A stretch of DNA of 64,000 nt from the human T2T-CHM13v2.0 reference genome, Homo sapiens (GCF_009914755.1 NC_060931.1); one strand, 5' to 3'; shown: positions 15,340 through 32,735, numbered from the stretch's first letter. The notes: generated by a model from the letters alone, not told the origin. A program made the numbers and translations.

Positions 15340-16554
15340 AAAACGCACAAATAGACCTAAGTATATGTAATAACCTAATGTATTAATAAAGTGAGATAAA
15401 TGATTTTAGTCAATACATTACTGTTTGAAAATTAAATTTCAGAATGCATAAGAGTGCTAGGATAATACATGCATTGATTTTAATGTTCCAGTCAAAGACG
15501 GAAATTTAAAGGTTGATTGATACATTTGACAAACTAAACATTTAAAGTTGCAGTTTGGAACATTACCACGGTAAAACAGAAAAATGGCTTAATATGAGCT
15601 GGAACATCTATTTGCAGCATATATTACGGAAAAAGTGTGATGATCTTAATATATCGAGAAAGTGTACAAATCAATAAAATAGAAGATGATTGACCTAGTT
15701 AAAAAAATCAGCAAAAGACATAAATGGTAATTCCCAAAAGATGATATGCAAATTGCCAAGAAACATCAAAATAGCTCAGTATTACTAGGAAATAAATAAA
15801 TTTAAACAACTAGATGTATATTTTTACTATAAAATTGACATTTTTGGGCTGGGCGTGGTGGCTCACTCCTGTAATCCCAGCACTTTGGGAGGCCGAGGTG
15901 GATGGATCACAAAGTCAGGGGTTCAAGACCCACCTGGCCAACATGGTGAAACGCTGTCTCTACTAAAAATACAAAAGCTAGCCGGGCGTGGTGGTGTGTA
16001 CCTGTAGTCCCAGCTACTCAGGAGGCTGAGGCAGGAAAATAGCTTGAACCCAGGAGATGGAGGTTGCAGTGAGCCGAGATCACTCCATTGCCCTCCAGCC
16101 TGGGCAATAGAGTGAGACTCCGTCTCAAAGGAAAAAAAAATGATATTTTTTTGGAAAGGCAATGCCAGTGTTGGTAAGAGTTTGAGGAAATGGGAACTTG
16201 TACACACTGATTTAACCTGGCACAATTTTTTGACGTATGATTTTACAATATTCCTATCAAAAAATCTTAAAATGTTCTTATTCTTTCAGTTAGAAATTTC
16301 ATTTGTAGCAATTTATTCTAAAGAGTAACTCTGGGTATAGGCAAGGGTTTATTTCCAAGGATATTCATTACACCATTGTTTATAACAGAAATCAGATACA
16401 ATCTATCCAATAGAGGAATGGTTAAAAGTAATTTGGTACAAGAATGCAATGGAGTATAATGGGACAATGAAAAACAGTGAGGAAGATGGAGGGTCATGAC
16501 CAGAGCATGTAAAATGAAAATGCAGATGATATAATAGCATGTACAATATGATTC
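15340..16554 (+). mobile_element. Old L1M (L1ME-like) ORF2/3' fragment, interrupted by Alu and LTR
   Basis: A-rich degenerate L1 text (ggcaatgccagtgttggtaagagtttgaggaaatgggaactt; gcaatggagtataat). Confidence 0.65.
15847..16140 (+). mobile_element. AluS
   Basis: Full forward Alu. Confidence 0.95.
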
Positions 16555-17562
<1,008 letters not shown>

Positions 17563-17735
17563 TAACAATTCCATTTTAAATGTGTGTGTGCACACACACA
17601 TATATACACAGAAGAAAGGTAGTTATCTTTGAGTATTGCAGGAAACTTTTAGTTCCTTCTCACACACACACACATATATTTTATATAACACAAAGTATTG
17701 TATGAAATCTAATATAATGTGTGATATAGACATGA

Positions 17736-18185
<450 letters not shown>

Positions 18186-18189
18186 TAGT

Positions 18190-18350
18190 AGCTTTATTAT
18201 CTTAGGCAAGTTACTTAAACTCTCTGAGCCTAAGTTTTTGCATCTGCAAAATTTGCATAATAATATCTACCTCTTAGAATTGTAGTGCAGATGAAATGGG
18301 ATAATATGTATGAAAGCTTTCTGATCTGTATTAATCACTCAGTAAATGCA
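18190..18350 (+). mobile_element. MIR fragment
   Basis: ttaggcaagttacttaaactctctgagcctaagtttttgcatctgcaaaat. Confidence 0.8.
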
Positions 18351-19872
18351 ATGTCTTTTATTTTCTCTGGTACACTCTCCCTCCCTTATCACATGTGCAC
18401 ATAGGAGAGTTTCTAATATTAAGCAGTTATATTTTACAGTGAATTTAAATGAATGTCTTTTTTTTTTCCCAGATGGATTTTATTCTATGTCTGTGGGGTT
18501 TTCACTATAAAATGAAAGATTTGTTTCTATAACCTTCTATTTAAAGAATAATTGCAGTCTTTTTCCAATTTGTAGAAAAATTGAAGTCGATGGCTAGGAA
18601 TTTTCTTCATTTTAATTTTCTCACCCTAAAACCACATCAGAAACTTGTTTTCCTGCTACCATAACGATCATAGCAGAAACTCCTATGAGCTAGAATCTGA
18701 GTTTGCGAAGTCATATTTGGTTGTTTGGATCCATCAGTGTTTCTGCAAAGCCTGTGTTGACTCTGCCAGTTCAAGGGGCTTGGGAAACACTTCGTTGGAA
18801 GGAGTGTTTTCACAGGTGGAGGTGTGAGGGCTCCTGGTTTGTCCCGAGGTTATAACAGAATGCAGTGAGTGCTAACCTGAGCTCGTTGATATTACGTGAG
18901 CGGACTGTCAGGCCACTTTGCACCAACCTGCCTGTACAATCTCTGAAAAGCTGTAGGTTAGGGTTCTGGAAATGGAAGTGTGGGCTGTGTTCAATGCAAG
19001 AGTGTGCTCTGGGCGGCAAACAATTCATGGAAAAATCAGCAGCCCCTCCTTTCCTCTGCACAACAATCCCTAGCAGAGATTACTTTAAGTCAACCATTCC
19101 CATTGATTATGCTTGCAAAAAAATATCCAGCCTCTTCCCAGAAAACAAGACATTCCTCCTCCAGACTCTTTTTAAATTGCCTGTCACCTGCTTTCTCCTG
19201 GGTTTGGTGAATAACCTCATCCTACTATTGGTCGGGCCTCTGTCTCGGGGGGCCCAGCTCAGCCCCGAACCTCGTTAGAATCCAGGTCTGTGTTCCTGGC
19301 ACACAGCTGCTTCTTGCACTTGAAAACTGACGGGGAGAAAAATGGTCCCTGCACTTCCTATCAGCCTTAAACAGAAACATCTGCTCACCACGAGCCTTTT
19401 GCTGGCTTGGTTTGCAGGGAATGTGTTCTGGGCAGGTGATGGCGCTGCCTCTCCGCACGGTGACATCAGCCAGAGAGAACTGCTGCCGGGGACGGGAGGG
19501 CCCTGGGAATACAGAATAGTTCTGCCTGCCAGGAAAACGAAGCCTGAACTGCACATTTTATAAAGCTTTAAAAGCACAAATCCTGGCTTAAAAGGGGAAA
19601 TATTGCCAGGTGGTGAAAAGTGCTTCTGAAGAAAAAGAAAATAATATAAAAGAGAGAGCTGATTGAATCCAGGAGTTCTGTCTGGCCCTTTTGTTCTTCC
19701 TTCCCTATCAGCCGAGCAATAAATGAAGATTTCTAGTCTGAGGGCATCCATTGAGACAAAAATGCTTTTCTTTCATCGGATTGTATCTGACATCTCACTG
19801 CATTTCTCTGTTTTAGGCACCGATTAAATATTCCAGCATGGGAAAGAGGCTTAGCCCAGAGTCTAGGTATAG

Positions 19873-20168
<296 letters not shown>

Positions 20169-20418
20169 TTCTTCATTATCTTCTTAAAACTCTCAAAGAG
20201 AGCCAGAGCCAAAATTCTTCCTTTCTTTCTGCTTTCATATTAGGGCACAGAGGCACCAGGAAATCAAGAAGTTTGTGTAAAGTTTCCCCCCTTGGGGTTT
20301 TACGTGGCTTTGCTCATGCTGCATTTGTTTAAGTAACACAAAGCATGGGCCGTCACCATAAAGCAAATCTGTATGTGTCTCTCGCTGTCCCCTTAAGTCT
20401 GCTCCCATGGGTGGTGGG

Positions 20419-21137
20419 TGAAACCGCCTTTGCAAAATGATAACTGAGGAAATTATGACAGTGAAAGAGATCAGACCTAACCGACTCCATCTTGCTTCTA
20501 ACCTTTAAGCTGTCCTTGTTCATGCCTGGGCATAGGCCGAACTAGCTTTGGGAAGGAATTCAGTTCATGGTTTGACTCTGAAACAAAATTGATAACAGCC
20601 CTTTCCTGAAAAGACCCCCTTCTTGCCCAGGGACGCGTCTGCCTTTGCAGGACTAACAAATTAGCTACAAGATTAGAAATAACAGTTTAGGGTTCATGCA
20701 GCCTCGGGCTCTATGAGTCTCAACCTCTCCTAATTGCTCCTGGGGATAACATCACTATTGTAAGACTTAAGATCAGTGCTTGAGATATTTTGTAGCCTCT
20801 GCACTGGATGGATCAGCTGACGCCACCCAGACGGGTAATCTGGCTCAACCAGTTCGGCAATCCCACCCAGAACAGAAGACAGCAAGAAAAAACTCACTTT
20901 GACCCCCTATAGATGGAATCATACACTCCCCACTTCCCAAGCCCACACCTGACAAATTATCTTTAAAAACTCTGATCCCTGAGTTTTTGGGGAGACTGAT
21001 TTAATAATAAAACTCTGGTTTCCCGCACGGCTGGCTCTGTGTAAATTACTCTTTCTCCACTGCAATTCCCCTGTCTTGATAAATTGGCTGTGTCTGGGCA
21101 TCGGGCAAGATGAACGGGCTCTGTCTGGGCAGTTACA
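20419..21137 (+). mobile_element. Solo LTR8 (ERV1)
   Basis: tgaaaccgcctttgcaaaa...gggcagttaca; TSD TGGG (20415-20418, 21138-21141). Confidence 0.88.
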
Positions 21138-21660
21138 TGGGGATTGTTTTTTCATGGCCAGGGGCAAGCCTCTGGACTCCTCCGATCGCTTGTAGGGAAG
21201 GAAAACTCCTGTAGCCAATCTAAGTTATAAAACAGAGTCCCAGTCTCATGTGATAACCAACATTCTCAACCTAATTTAAAGCTGATTTTGCCTCATGCTT
21301 CCCTGTTGTGCTGGTGCAGATAGAAAATTCAGGCACGGGGCCGTTTTTTGTCCCCTCTCTTTTCTTGCTTCTCTTCCTCCTCCTCTGTGATCTTTCTACC
21401 TGGACCTTCTGACCCTGATGGGAAGCGGTTATGAAGAGCGAGAGGAGGTGAAGTGGAAGCAACCATCTGTGTGCCTGGAAATTGACAACCATCAGGTGAC
21501 ACTCTGCCTCGAATGTCCCCTTTTGGGGGCACTTCTGTGGATGCTTTGATTCTTTGGAGACCCTTCTTCCATTTCTGAGGCTTCCCACCTGCAGTTCCCT
21601 TGGTGCGAATGGTGCATTTTCCTTGAATCCATTTCTCACTCTATCTGGCCCCTAAACTTC

Positions 21661-22295
21661 TGATACAGGAGATAGAAAGAAATTATTTAGGCAGATAGTA
21701 AGGGCAACAGAGTCCTCGGTGCAATTTCCCTTTTAACAAAAAAGCCACCCCCAAATAATTTCTTTTCTAACAAAAGGCAGCCTGAAAAATCAAGCTGCAA
21801 ACATAAATAAGCAAGCTGGAAGCTTGCACAGGAGAATGCTGGCAGCTGTGCCCATAGTAAAGGGCTACCTGGGGCCAGGTATGTTCGACATGGAGGCTTT
21901 ATCTTCCCTTTTCTTTGTCACCACGTGTACAGTAAGGAACAGGCAACATGGTACCAGCCAGGCAAAGAGCTCATCTGCATAGTAAAAGATTAGGGTGGGG
22001 GCAGCCAGGTTTTTCCCGCCCTATGCAAATGGCACATCTGGTCCAAACAATCTTTGGTGCCCTATGTAAATCAGACACCACCTCAAGTTCATCTATAAAC
22101 CCCCTTGGATTTCACTGTAGAAGTGGCAACCCATTTCCCCAGGACCCCTCCCTCTGCAGCAGAGAGAGCTCATCTCTTTCTTTTGCCTATTAAACTTCTG
22201 TTCTTAACCTCACTCCGGTGTGTCCGCATCCTAGTTTTCTGTGGCTGTGAGAAAACGAACCTTGGGTATTTACCCTAGACAACGATGCTGCTTCA
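21661..22295 (+). mobile_element. Solo LTR, LTR9-like (ERV1)
   Basis: tgatacaggagatagaaagaaattatttaggcagatag...gacaacgatgctgcttca; TSD CTTC (21657-21660, 22296-22299). Confidence 0.78.
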
Positions 22296-22853
22296 CTTCC
22301 AGAGGTGCCTCTAGCTTCTCTCTGCTGAAGTCCACTGCCTCTCCCTGCAGCCCTCCTGGATGAGGTCTAAAACCACACTTGGTCCATAGGAGACACACAT
22401 GGATGCTTTGTCCTGACATGCTCTGGAACAGGAAGACTTCAAATGCAAGCACCTCTTCTGGGGTTTTGTCTGCTGGCAGCTAGCTAACCCATCTCTCACC
22501 TTCATGTTTCTTGGGTAGGAAATAGACCAAACCCTTTTGTCTTCTAATAGAGGGGATATATAGTAACCATATATTTGGGGGTTTCTGCTGAAGCCCCAAA
22601 GCCCCCTTCTCCAAGCTCAAGGAGAAGAGCAGGCACCTTGCAGTCCTCACCCTTGATAGGAAGTAAGATTTACAGTACATCAACAGCTAGTCCTAAAACC
22701 CTTTGCTATCTCCTTTCCTTGAAGTCCCTGATGCCAAACCTGGGTCAGGCAGAAGTGTCTCTTCTATTTGGAGGTGGGGGATTGGGGTGAGATTGGGACT
22801 AAGTACAGCTTTCTTCAAAGAAGCTGTCTGCAAAAATCATCCCCAATCTCCAA

Positions 22854-23152
22854 CTTTTTTTTTTTTTTTCTGAGACAGAGTTTTGCTCCGTTGCCCAGAC
22901 TGGAGTGCAGTGGCACAATCCCGGCTCACTGAAACCTCTGCTTCCTAGGTTCAAGCGATTCTCCTGCCTCAGCCTCTGGAGTAGCTGGGATTGCAGGTGT
23001 GCACCACCATGCCTGGCTAATTTTTTGTATTTTTAGTAGAGACTGGGTTTCACCATGTTGGCCAGGCTGGTCTCGAACTCCTGACCCCGTGATCCGCCCA
23101 CCTCAGCCTCCCAAAGTGCTGGGATTACAGGCCTGAGCCACCACGCCTGGCC
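22854..23152 (-). mobile_element. AluS
   Basis: Reverse Alu; TSD atctccaact. Confidence 0.95.
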
Positions 23153-23659
23153 TCTCCGATCTCCAACTCTTAACCCTTGGTATGGGTGGGAGGTTTAGGA
23201 GTTATTAAGCTATAATTCAGACAGCTCTTTGGTTATGTCATTTGTGCGTGTCTTAGATCTCTTTTGGAATGTGATGACTATTGTCTTTAGTGCCTTTGTT
23301 TCAGCCTCATGCGATGCTCTGACTATATTGACTGGCCTGTCTTCCTTCCCACTTGTTTCTAAGCTCTTGGAGGTGAGGTTCAGGTTTGATTAATTTCTAT
23401 CTTCAACAAGCAGCCTGGGTCTAGCTCGTGGTAAGCACTTGGTGCGTTCTTGCTGAACCAATGAATAAATGCCACAAATCTCTTTCAGCGAATAATCAGT
23501 AATTTATTGAGCAAATAAATGATCAAATGCTGGGCCTTGCGCAGAGGGAGCAATGATCACATCTACCACAGGGCACAGTTTTAGAGCGCTTCCACAGTAG
23601 TTGGGATGAGTGGTTATTGGGTGTCAAAGTATTTGTCAATGTCCAATTCCAAGGCTGGG

Positions 23660-25020
23660 GCAGAGAAAGCATGGGATAAACCTAGATGATCTTGTGATGC
23701 CAAAAAGTAAATTACTTGGCTGGGGGGAAGAGGAAGGGCATGCCAGAAGGACATAGGAACCAGCCTGAAGGAGCCCTCAGTGGCCAAATCTGGGCCAAGC
23801 TGGGCAACAAAATAAATAATGATAGTAATGCATTACAACGCATAGAATAAAAAATCAGTATCCGGAAGTCCACACTGGCATGCATGAGTAAATAATTACA
23901 TAAATAAATTGAAGAGTGGGGAAAGCACTTCTTTACGGTAGAATTCTGATCATTAAATGTAGAAGGGATGATGGAAATAGGCAAACACCAGAGTAGTAAG
24001 TGCTTTAGGCAAAAATCAATGGATGCTGAAATGAGTGGGCAAAAGCGTGGCGAGAAAAGTGATACTCACATAATCTCAAAGTATATCCCCTTTGATACTT
24101 ATTAGTTACAAAGAGAAAAATGGTAACTTTACAGTAGAGATCCCAGTAATCCCAATTTTATCAGGTGATCAAATTTAAAGATCACTATGGGTCGAGTATC
24201 CCTTATCAGAAGTGCTTGGGTCCAGAAGTGTTTTGGATTTTGGATGTTTCTGGATTTTGGAATATCTGCATGTACATAATAGGATATCTTGGGGATGAGA
24301 CCCGAGTCTAAAGACAAAATTCATTGATGTTTTATTTACACCTAATACACATAGCCTGAAGGTAATTTTATACAATATTTCTAAACATTTTGTGCATGAA
24401 AAAAAAGTTTTGACTGTGTTTTAACTGTGACCCATCACATGAGTCAGGTGTGGAATTTTCCACCTGCACTCTAAAAGTTTTGGGTTTTGGAGCATCAAGC
24501 CTCACAGATTTTGGATTTTCAGATGAGAGAGTCTCACCCAATAGAGAGAAGACACAGTGACATCATGAGCCTGCTGGCCTGATGCACTGAGAAGGGGACA
24601 GCCTCACATCTGTGGTGCTTTTGCCTTCAAATACTGAATTTAGATATGAGGAGACCTCAGACTGATCCAAACTTGGGGACATTCTAGAAACTAACTGGCT
24701 AGTACTCTTCAAAAATGGCAAGATCATGAAAGAACAGACTGAGAACTATTCTAGACAGGGGGATGTTTAAAGAGACCCAACAAATGAAGGCAACATCATA
24801 TCCTAGATAGGATCTTGGATCAGATAAAGGCTGTTCGTGGAACAATCGGAGAAGCGTGAGAAAGATGTGTAGGTTAATTTACAGTATCTCATCAACTTTG
24901 ACTAATGTAGATGAGTGCATTGTGCCTGTGTAAAATGCATTAATATTTCGAGAAAGTTGCTAAGGGTTTATGATAATTACTTGTACTGTGGGTGCAACTT
25001 TTAAAAATAAATTTGAATTT
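23660..25020 (+). mobile_element. L1MC4-like 3' UTR, interrupted by Tigger4b
   Basis: ggacataggaaccagcctgaaggagccctcagtggccaaatctggg; ggggacattctagaaactaactggc; tcctagataggatcttggatcag. Confidence 0.75.
24188..24541. mobile_element. Tigger4b (Zombi) TcMar DNA transposon
   Basis: gagtatcccttatcagaagtgcttgggtccagaagtgttttggattttgg...cacatagcctgaaggtaattttatac. Confidence 0.85.
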
Positions 25021-25021
25021 A

Positions 25022-25338
<317 letters not shown>

Positions 25339-25904
25339 TCAAGCATCTCAATCCAAAAGGGTTGGTTTCATCCCCCCTCCCACTGATTTGATCAGATCTT
25401 GCTATGGTTCCTCATGGCCACATGGTGTCGCTGTTGGCACTCTGTCCTGCCTCATCTTGCCGGCCTGGCAGATCCAGCTCCCTGCAGAGGCCCCCGGGAA
25501 TAGCCATGGATGAGCCACGCCCCCAATCTCGAGCTTGGCGAAGGCGCTCTAGGCTTGAATCCTCCGAGGTCGTCGTTCTCAGGGCTCAGCCCTTTCAGTT
25601 CACATCCCGAGCCTCCTCTGATGGACCAGCTCACCCTGGAAATCGACTGGCTGGGCACTGGTGTGCTGCCTCTCCCAGCCCTTGAACCCTCCGTCTTCCC
25701 CGCTTGAATTGCACATCTTCAAGACGCTACAGACACCCTAGCTCCTCTGTCCTGCTCCCAGGGGAGACTGTAGGGATGCAGCCCTCTAAGAGACACTCCT
25801 TCAGGAATTCCAAGGTGTCCACACTTGCTTCTCTGGGAGGGAGGAGCAAGCTCAGTATGACTTTCTGTGCCCTCTCTCATTAGACATGAGCTCAAAAATT
25901 TGAG

Positions 25905-26240
25905 CACTTCATTTATTCACTTTCTACAAAAAATATTTATCAAGTGTCGGCTTTGGACTGGGCTCTCTGTTCTAGGGATTAATAAAAAGATCTTGGCTGT
26001 AAATCTAAAGGCAGACGTCATGAAACAAATCAAGAGTTAAGACTCTGTAAGGATGGGGTGCTGTGGGTACCTGACGGGAAAACCTTGCTCACCAGGTCTA
26101 ACCGTGGAAGCTGGCACTTGAATTGAATCCTGGAAGAAGAAAAGTACCAGCTGATATACAAGAGGAAGAAGGACATTTTTCTCTGCGGGAGCAGCAAATA
26201 TTCAGACCCCGAGTCTGAACGAAGACATCCTAATGTGTTC
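25905..26240 (-). mobile_element. L2 3' fragment
   Basis: ttcatttattcac...aaatatttatcaagtg typical of the reverse L2 end. Confidence 0.5.
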
Positions 26241-26295
26241 CTACAACTGTCTCCTTTAGTGCTCCTTTAATGCATTTGACCTTATTCTCATTCCT

Positions 26296-27026
<731 letters not shown>

Positions 27027-27887
27027 TAGAGTCTCAGCTTTAAAAAAGTGACCAATTAATGAAACAGCTTAATGTATTAGTTAGTGGCAATGCAAGCTGT
27101 GGCTCCATCTGGCTGGGGTGATGTTTAGGGGAGCAGCAACTTCCAAGGCTATAGAGTCTGGCAAAAGGTGGGTCACATAGAACCTTGTGTGCTGAGCCTG
27201 GGAGGAGCTTTTGCTTCATCTTGAAGCCAGTGGGGAGCCTCGGAATCTATTGACCAGAAGAATAAGGTAATTGCATTTGTCTTGAAGGCTAGCTCTGCTG
27301 CAGCCTGGAAGCTACCTGAGAGGGGTTAAGGGGAGAGGCAGTGAGAACAGCAGGAGGCTTTTGCTGAGATTTGGGCAAATGACAAAAAGGTCCTGAGCCT
27401 AGAAGATCTTGTGATGCCAAAAAGTAAGAAACTATTTGAGAAAACAGAAGTATGGAGGCATGTCAGAAGGACACAGGAACCGGCTTGAAGGAGCTCCCAG
27501 TGACCAAATTTGGGACAAGTTGAGCAACAAAGTAAAATAATGGGCCGGACGTGGTGGCTCGTTTCTGTGATCCCAGCACTTTGAGAGACCGAGACAGGCA
27601 GATCGCTTGAGCCTAGGAGTTTGAGACCAGCCTGGGCAACATGGTGAGACCCCATCTCTACAAAAAAAAAAAAAAAAAAAAAGGAAAAAGAAGAAAAAAT
27701 ACAAAAATTAGCCTGGCGTGGTGGTGCACCAGCCTGTGGTCCCAGCTACTGAGAGGCCGAGGCGGACAGATTGCTTGAGCCCAGGAGTTTGAGACCAGCC
27801 TGGGCAACACGGTGAAATCCCATCTCCACAAAAAAAAAAAAACAACAAAAATTAACTGGATGTGGTGGCCCACACCTTTAGTTCCAG

Positions 27888-28077
27888 TTACAGCTGGCCA
27901 CTTACTAATGCACTTAATTGGAGGAGCTATACTAATATTATCAACTATTAATTTACCCACAGCTTCAAGTACATTCATTATTCTAGTTTTATTAACCACC
28001 CTCGAATTTGCTGTAGCCCTTTTTCAGGCCTACATCTTTACACTACTAGTAAGCCTCTACTTCCATGACAACACATA

Positions 28078-28078
<1 letters not shown>
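27888..28078 (+). pseudogene. MT-ATP6 (NUMT pseudogene): NUMT: mitochondrial ATP6 3' fragment
   Basis: Translates [13 protein letters not shown]...[25 protein letters not shown], matching the ATP6 C-terminus (human [13 protein letters not shown]...[25 protein letters not shown]). Confidence 0.97.
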
Positions 28079-28529
<451 letters not shown>

Positions 28530-29540
28530 TCATGGATTATAACACATTGAATAAAAATCAATATCCAGGTGTCTACACTGGCATACATGAGTAAAGAATT
28601 AGATGCATACTTTGCAGAGAAGGGAGAGTGATTCTTTACAGATTCCTGTGACTACTAGGTGTAGAAGGGATGATCTTCCAGGCTCAGGACTTCTAGGCTG
28701 TGAGGGGGCTGAAGAGAAGGACAGGTACTATGGAGGTAGCTGGGAGAACAAGCATGGCCCCGACAAGATGGCGGCACCCACCCAGATGGCCCAGCCATTC
28801 TCGGAGGAGAGAAGAGTTTGAATCTGAACACTTTAAATGGGTGGTGCCTGGGTGTGCGACATCCCGGATAAAATTCCATGGACAGCATAGGACCTGTGGG
28901 TTTGAAGATGAAAAGGAAGATAGGAGATGGTCAAGGAGATTTGGGACTTACCAAGGTAAAGATGGAGGTAATGCCGTGGGTGTGAATGGCGGCATCCCAA
29001 GGGAGAATGCCCAGCGCGTTAACTCTGGATGGAGCCACAGCGTTATCAACAGAGAAGAGAAAGAAAAACCCAGCAAAGGAGACTGAGAGAAGTCATGGAA
29101 ACCAAGAGGCCGTGAATTACAGAAATCAAAGAAGACGTTTCTACGAGTGAGTAGTCCACAAGGTCAAATGCAGCAGCCAGATCCAGCCAAACAAAGACTG
29201 GATCCTGTCCCTTGGGTTAGACTGTCTGGGCTTTGGTGGCTGCAGAAGCAGCACTGGTGGAGAGGTGTGGTCAGAGCGAGATCACGATGGGGTGAAGGGT
29301 TGGAGAGAGGAGACAGTCACTGCTCTAGCCCCATGGGTCCCTCAGTCCTTACCCCACCTCCCGTGAGCTCTCTCCCCATTTCCCGCCTTTGCATGCTTCC
29401 AGAGCCAGCTCCAAGCTGTCCCTCTCTCCTTATCTCACCTCTGTGGAAGACTTAATTCTTCCTTTATCTGCGTTGCTAAGATAATTCACTATACCTCTTA
29501 GGACACTTTTTTTTTTTTTTTTTGTCTACATAACCTGTAA

Positions 29541-29910
<370 letters not shown>

Positions 29911-30759
29911 TCATCTATATATTTATATCTGTGTGTCCCCATGTAGTTCCCTCCTTTTATCTGCTTCTTTACGACTCTCCGAGCTCCCTTCCTTCCTCCC
30001 TCCTCCCATACAATTAAGCAGAAACAGAAGCCCTAAGAAAGAAAAAGAGGCCCCAAGAAAATTCTTGGGTGTGGGAGGAAGAGTCTCTCAGGAGAGTTTG
30101 CAGGGCTGTTTTCTGTTGTCAGTACTAGGTCACTGTGGGACTTGGGGAAGAGAGAGAGAGAGAAAGAGAAGGAAGGAAGGGGGATCTGAAAGTGGGTGAA
30201 GGGAAGGGAAAGGGTTAGTACTGGCCACCCATAAGGCCCTTGGACAGTGGGCAGAGACTTGGCTGTCTTGTAAGGGATGAAGCTCTCCGTGGAATCCTCC
30301 TTTCCCACCCAGATGGAACCAAACACATCATTGGGAATTAACTTTGGAGATGAGGCTCTAAAGGCTCCACCACTGACACAACTCTGTTGATCAGTAGACA
30401 GGGTATCTGGAGACCAGGGGCTGGGTTTTCCTTCCTGTCCCTCCAGTGCCTGTCCTAGCATTTGTTCCCTGCCGGTCCTTGGGAAATACTGGACCGAAAA
30501 GCAAAACAGATCATCCGGGCATTTGCTGGATTGACTTGGTTCCCCCGCCAATGAATCCTGCTCTCTTCTTTTTACCATTTCCTCCAACAAAGACATCAAA
30601 AGCTCAAAGAAAGAAGATCAGGGAACTTGGAAAGCCTCATCTGACAAGTGTGAGCTGACTCCCAGGGCCCTGTACTGAGCAGGGCCCACTGGGCATTTCC
30701 CATCTCTGGAGAGGCACCCAGCCTCTCCTCTGAGCTCCGTCAGTCAGCCTAACATCCCA

Positions 30760-31900
30760 CACTGCCATCGATTTTTCTGTCTTTCTACACTAATTAGACA
30801 TGTTATTACTAATCTTTGGTAATCACCACAAGGGGCCTGTGGAAAGTCTCCGAGATTTCAATCTAGATTAAAAATAAGAAACATTATCACCTCTGGGACA
30901 ATGCAGAGAAAGCACATGTTATTTTAATGTTTAAATCAATAAAGCTGTCCCGCTTCTGTTTTGTGCGAGTATTGATGAAATTTATAAAAATCCCATTTAA
31001 ACTTCTCCCTGTCCATCTCATCCCTCCCCGCATCCCTCCCCGCAGGGGCACGTGATTGATTTCTCAGAGGGCATCTGAGATGGAGGGGTACAAGAAAAGG
31101 CTGTCAAATACCCTTGTGCATTGGGGGCGGATAGGAGAGACCTAGGGGGGAAAGGAGGAGGCTTCAGGGACCTAGTTCCCGCTCTTTTATTTCCATTTCC
31201 ATTGATTCCTCTTATTAAAGAAGCCTTTGAACCCACAAGAAAGAAAGAGAGAAAATCCTTTCTTCCTTAATTAATCTCTTTTCCAATTGTTAGATTGCAA
31301 ACTTTGATTGCAAAACAACCTGGCTGCCCCAGGCAGATTAAATCAGGCGGGGGCAAGAGGAAGGGGAGGGGAGGGAAACGTCTTAACCAGGAATTCTGTC
31401 ATTGGAGAGCGGAGAAAAGAAAATTATCTTCAAACGAAGAGAACACCATCTAGCACATTCTCTCAAACAACTGAAACTAATGTGTTGACACAGAAAGAGA
31501 AATGAGCCTACTTTAATTTTCTGCAGAGACAGACTGTAATTTGTAACATCTCTGATCAGAAATTGAGGCGGCATATGGACTCAAAGAGAAGTATAGCGCC
31601 GTTAACTTTTTGCCAGGCATAGTGGGGTAGGGGGAGGAGGAACCGAACACATTTCTATTGCCACGGAGATGCTGGCATCAGCTACCAGGACAGCTTGTGC
31701 ACGCAGAAGGGTGGCGTCGTGTACCACAACTCGGGAGGGAGGCAGCCTGTGTTTGTGCGTCTCCTGTGTGTATGGAGACTTGTACTCAGCTAGCTGCGAG
31801 GTTGGAGGGGCCGGATACATTCCTCCGCTCCACCACCTGTGCGAGAGCCCCTGGCTCCAGGCTGGGCTGCCCCTCCCGATGTGTGGTGCAGAAGAAGAGC
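30760..31900. promoter_or_regulatory. Candidate developmental enhancer / lncRNA promoter
   Basis: Repeat-free; TAATTA, AAATCAATA (30934), TGATTGAT (31053), CTTTGAT (31302); CpG-enriched distal half. Confidence 0.4.
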
Positions 31901-31931
31901 TTAACTGGCTTTTGGTGTGAGCTCAGCTTTA

Positions 31932-32429
<498 letters not shown>

Positions 32430-32640
32430 CTACATTGAGTACCTACTAAGTGCTGGTTCCAACTTAGGCACATCACTTACCTTTTCAGCAGCTTGTCCAA
32501 TATCCTAGCAAGGTAATATTTTATGAATGAACAAAGTGAAATGATGCAATGTCTTTCCCAAGGTCACTCAATCATTGGGTGGCAGAGTTGGAACTGAATC
32601 TCAAACTGTCCCCTCCAAAGCCACCCGTTTGCCAACCAGG
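32430..32640 (-). mobile_element. MIR fragment
   Basis: attgagtacctactaagtgctgg...cccaaggtcac...ggcagagttggaactgaatc. Confidence 0.65.
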
Positions 32641-32734
32641 CCATGTGTCTCCTGAGCTGAGCCCAGGTCTAGCACTTACTGATACTTAATGATGTTGGCT
32701 GAAAGACAAGTGTCTTCTTCACTTCTGTGACTTC

Positions 32735-32735
<1 letters not shown>

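Noticed and set aside
30033-30599. 188-aa minus-strand ORF
   Set aside because: No recognisable homology; partly purine/pyrimidine low-complexity sequence; no splice support.
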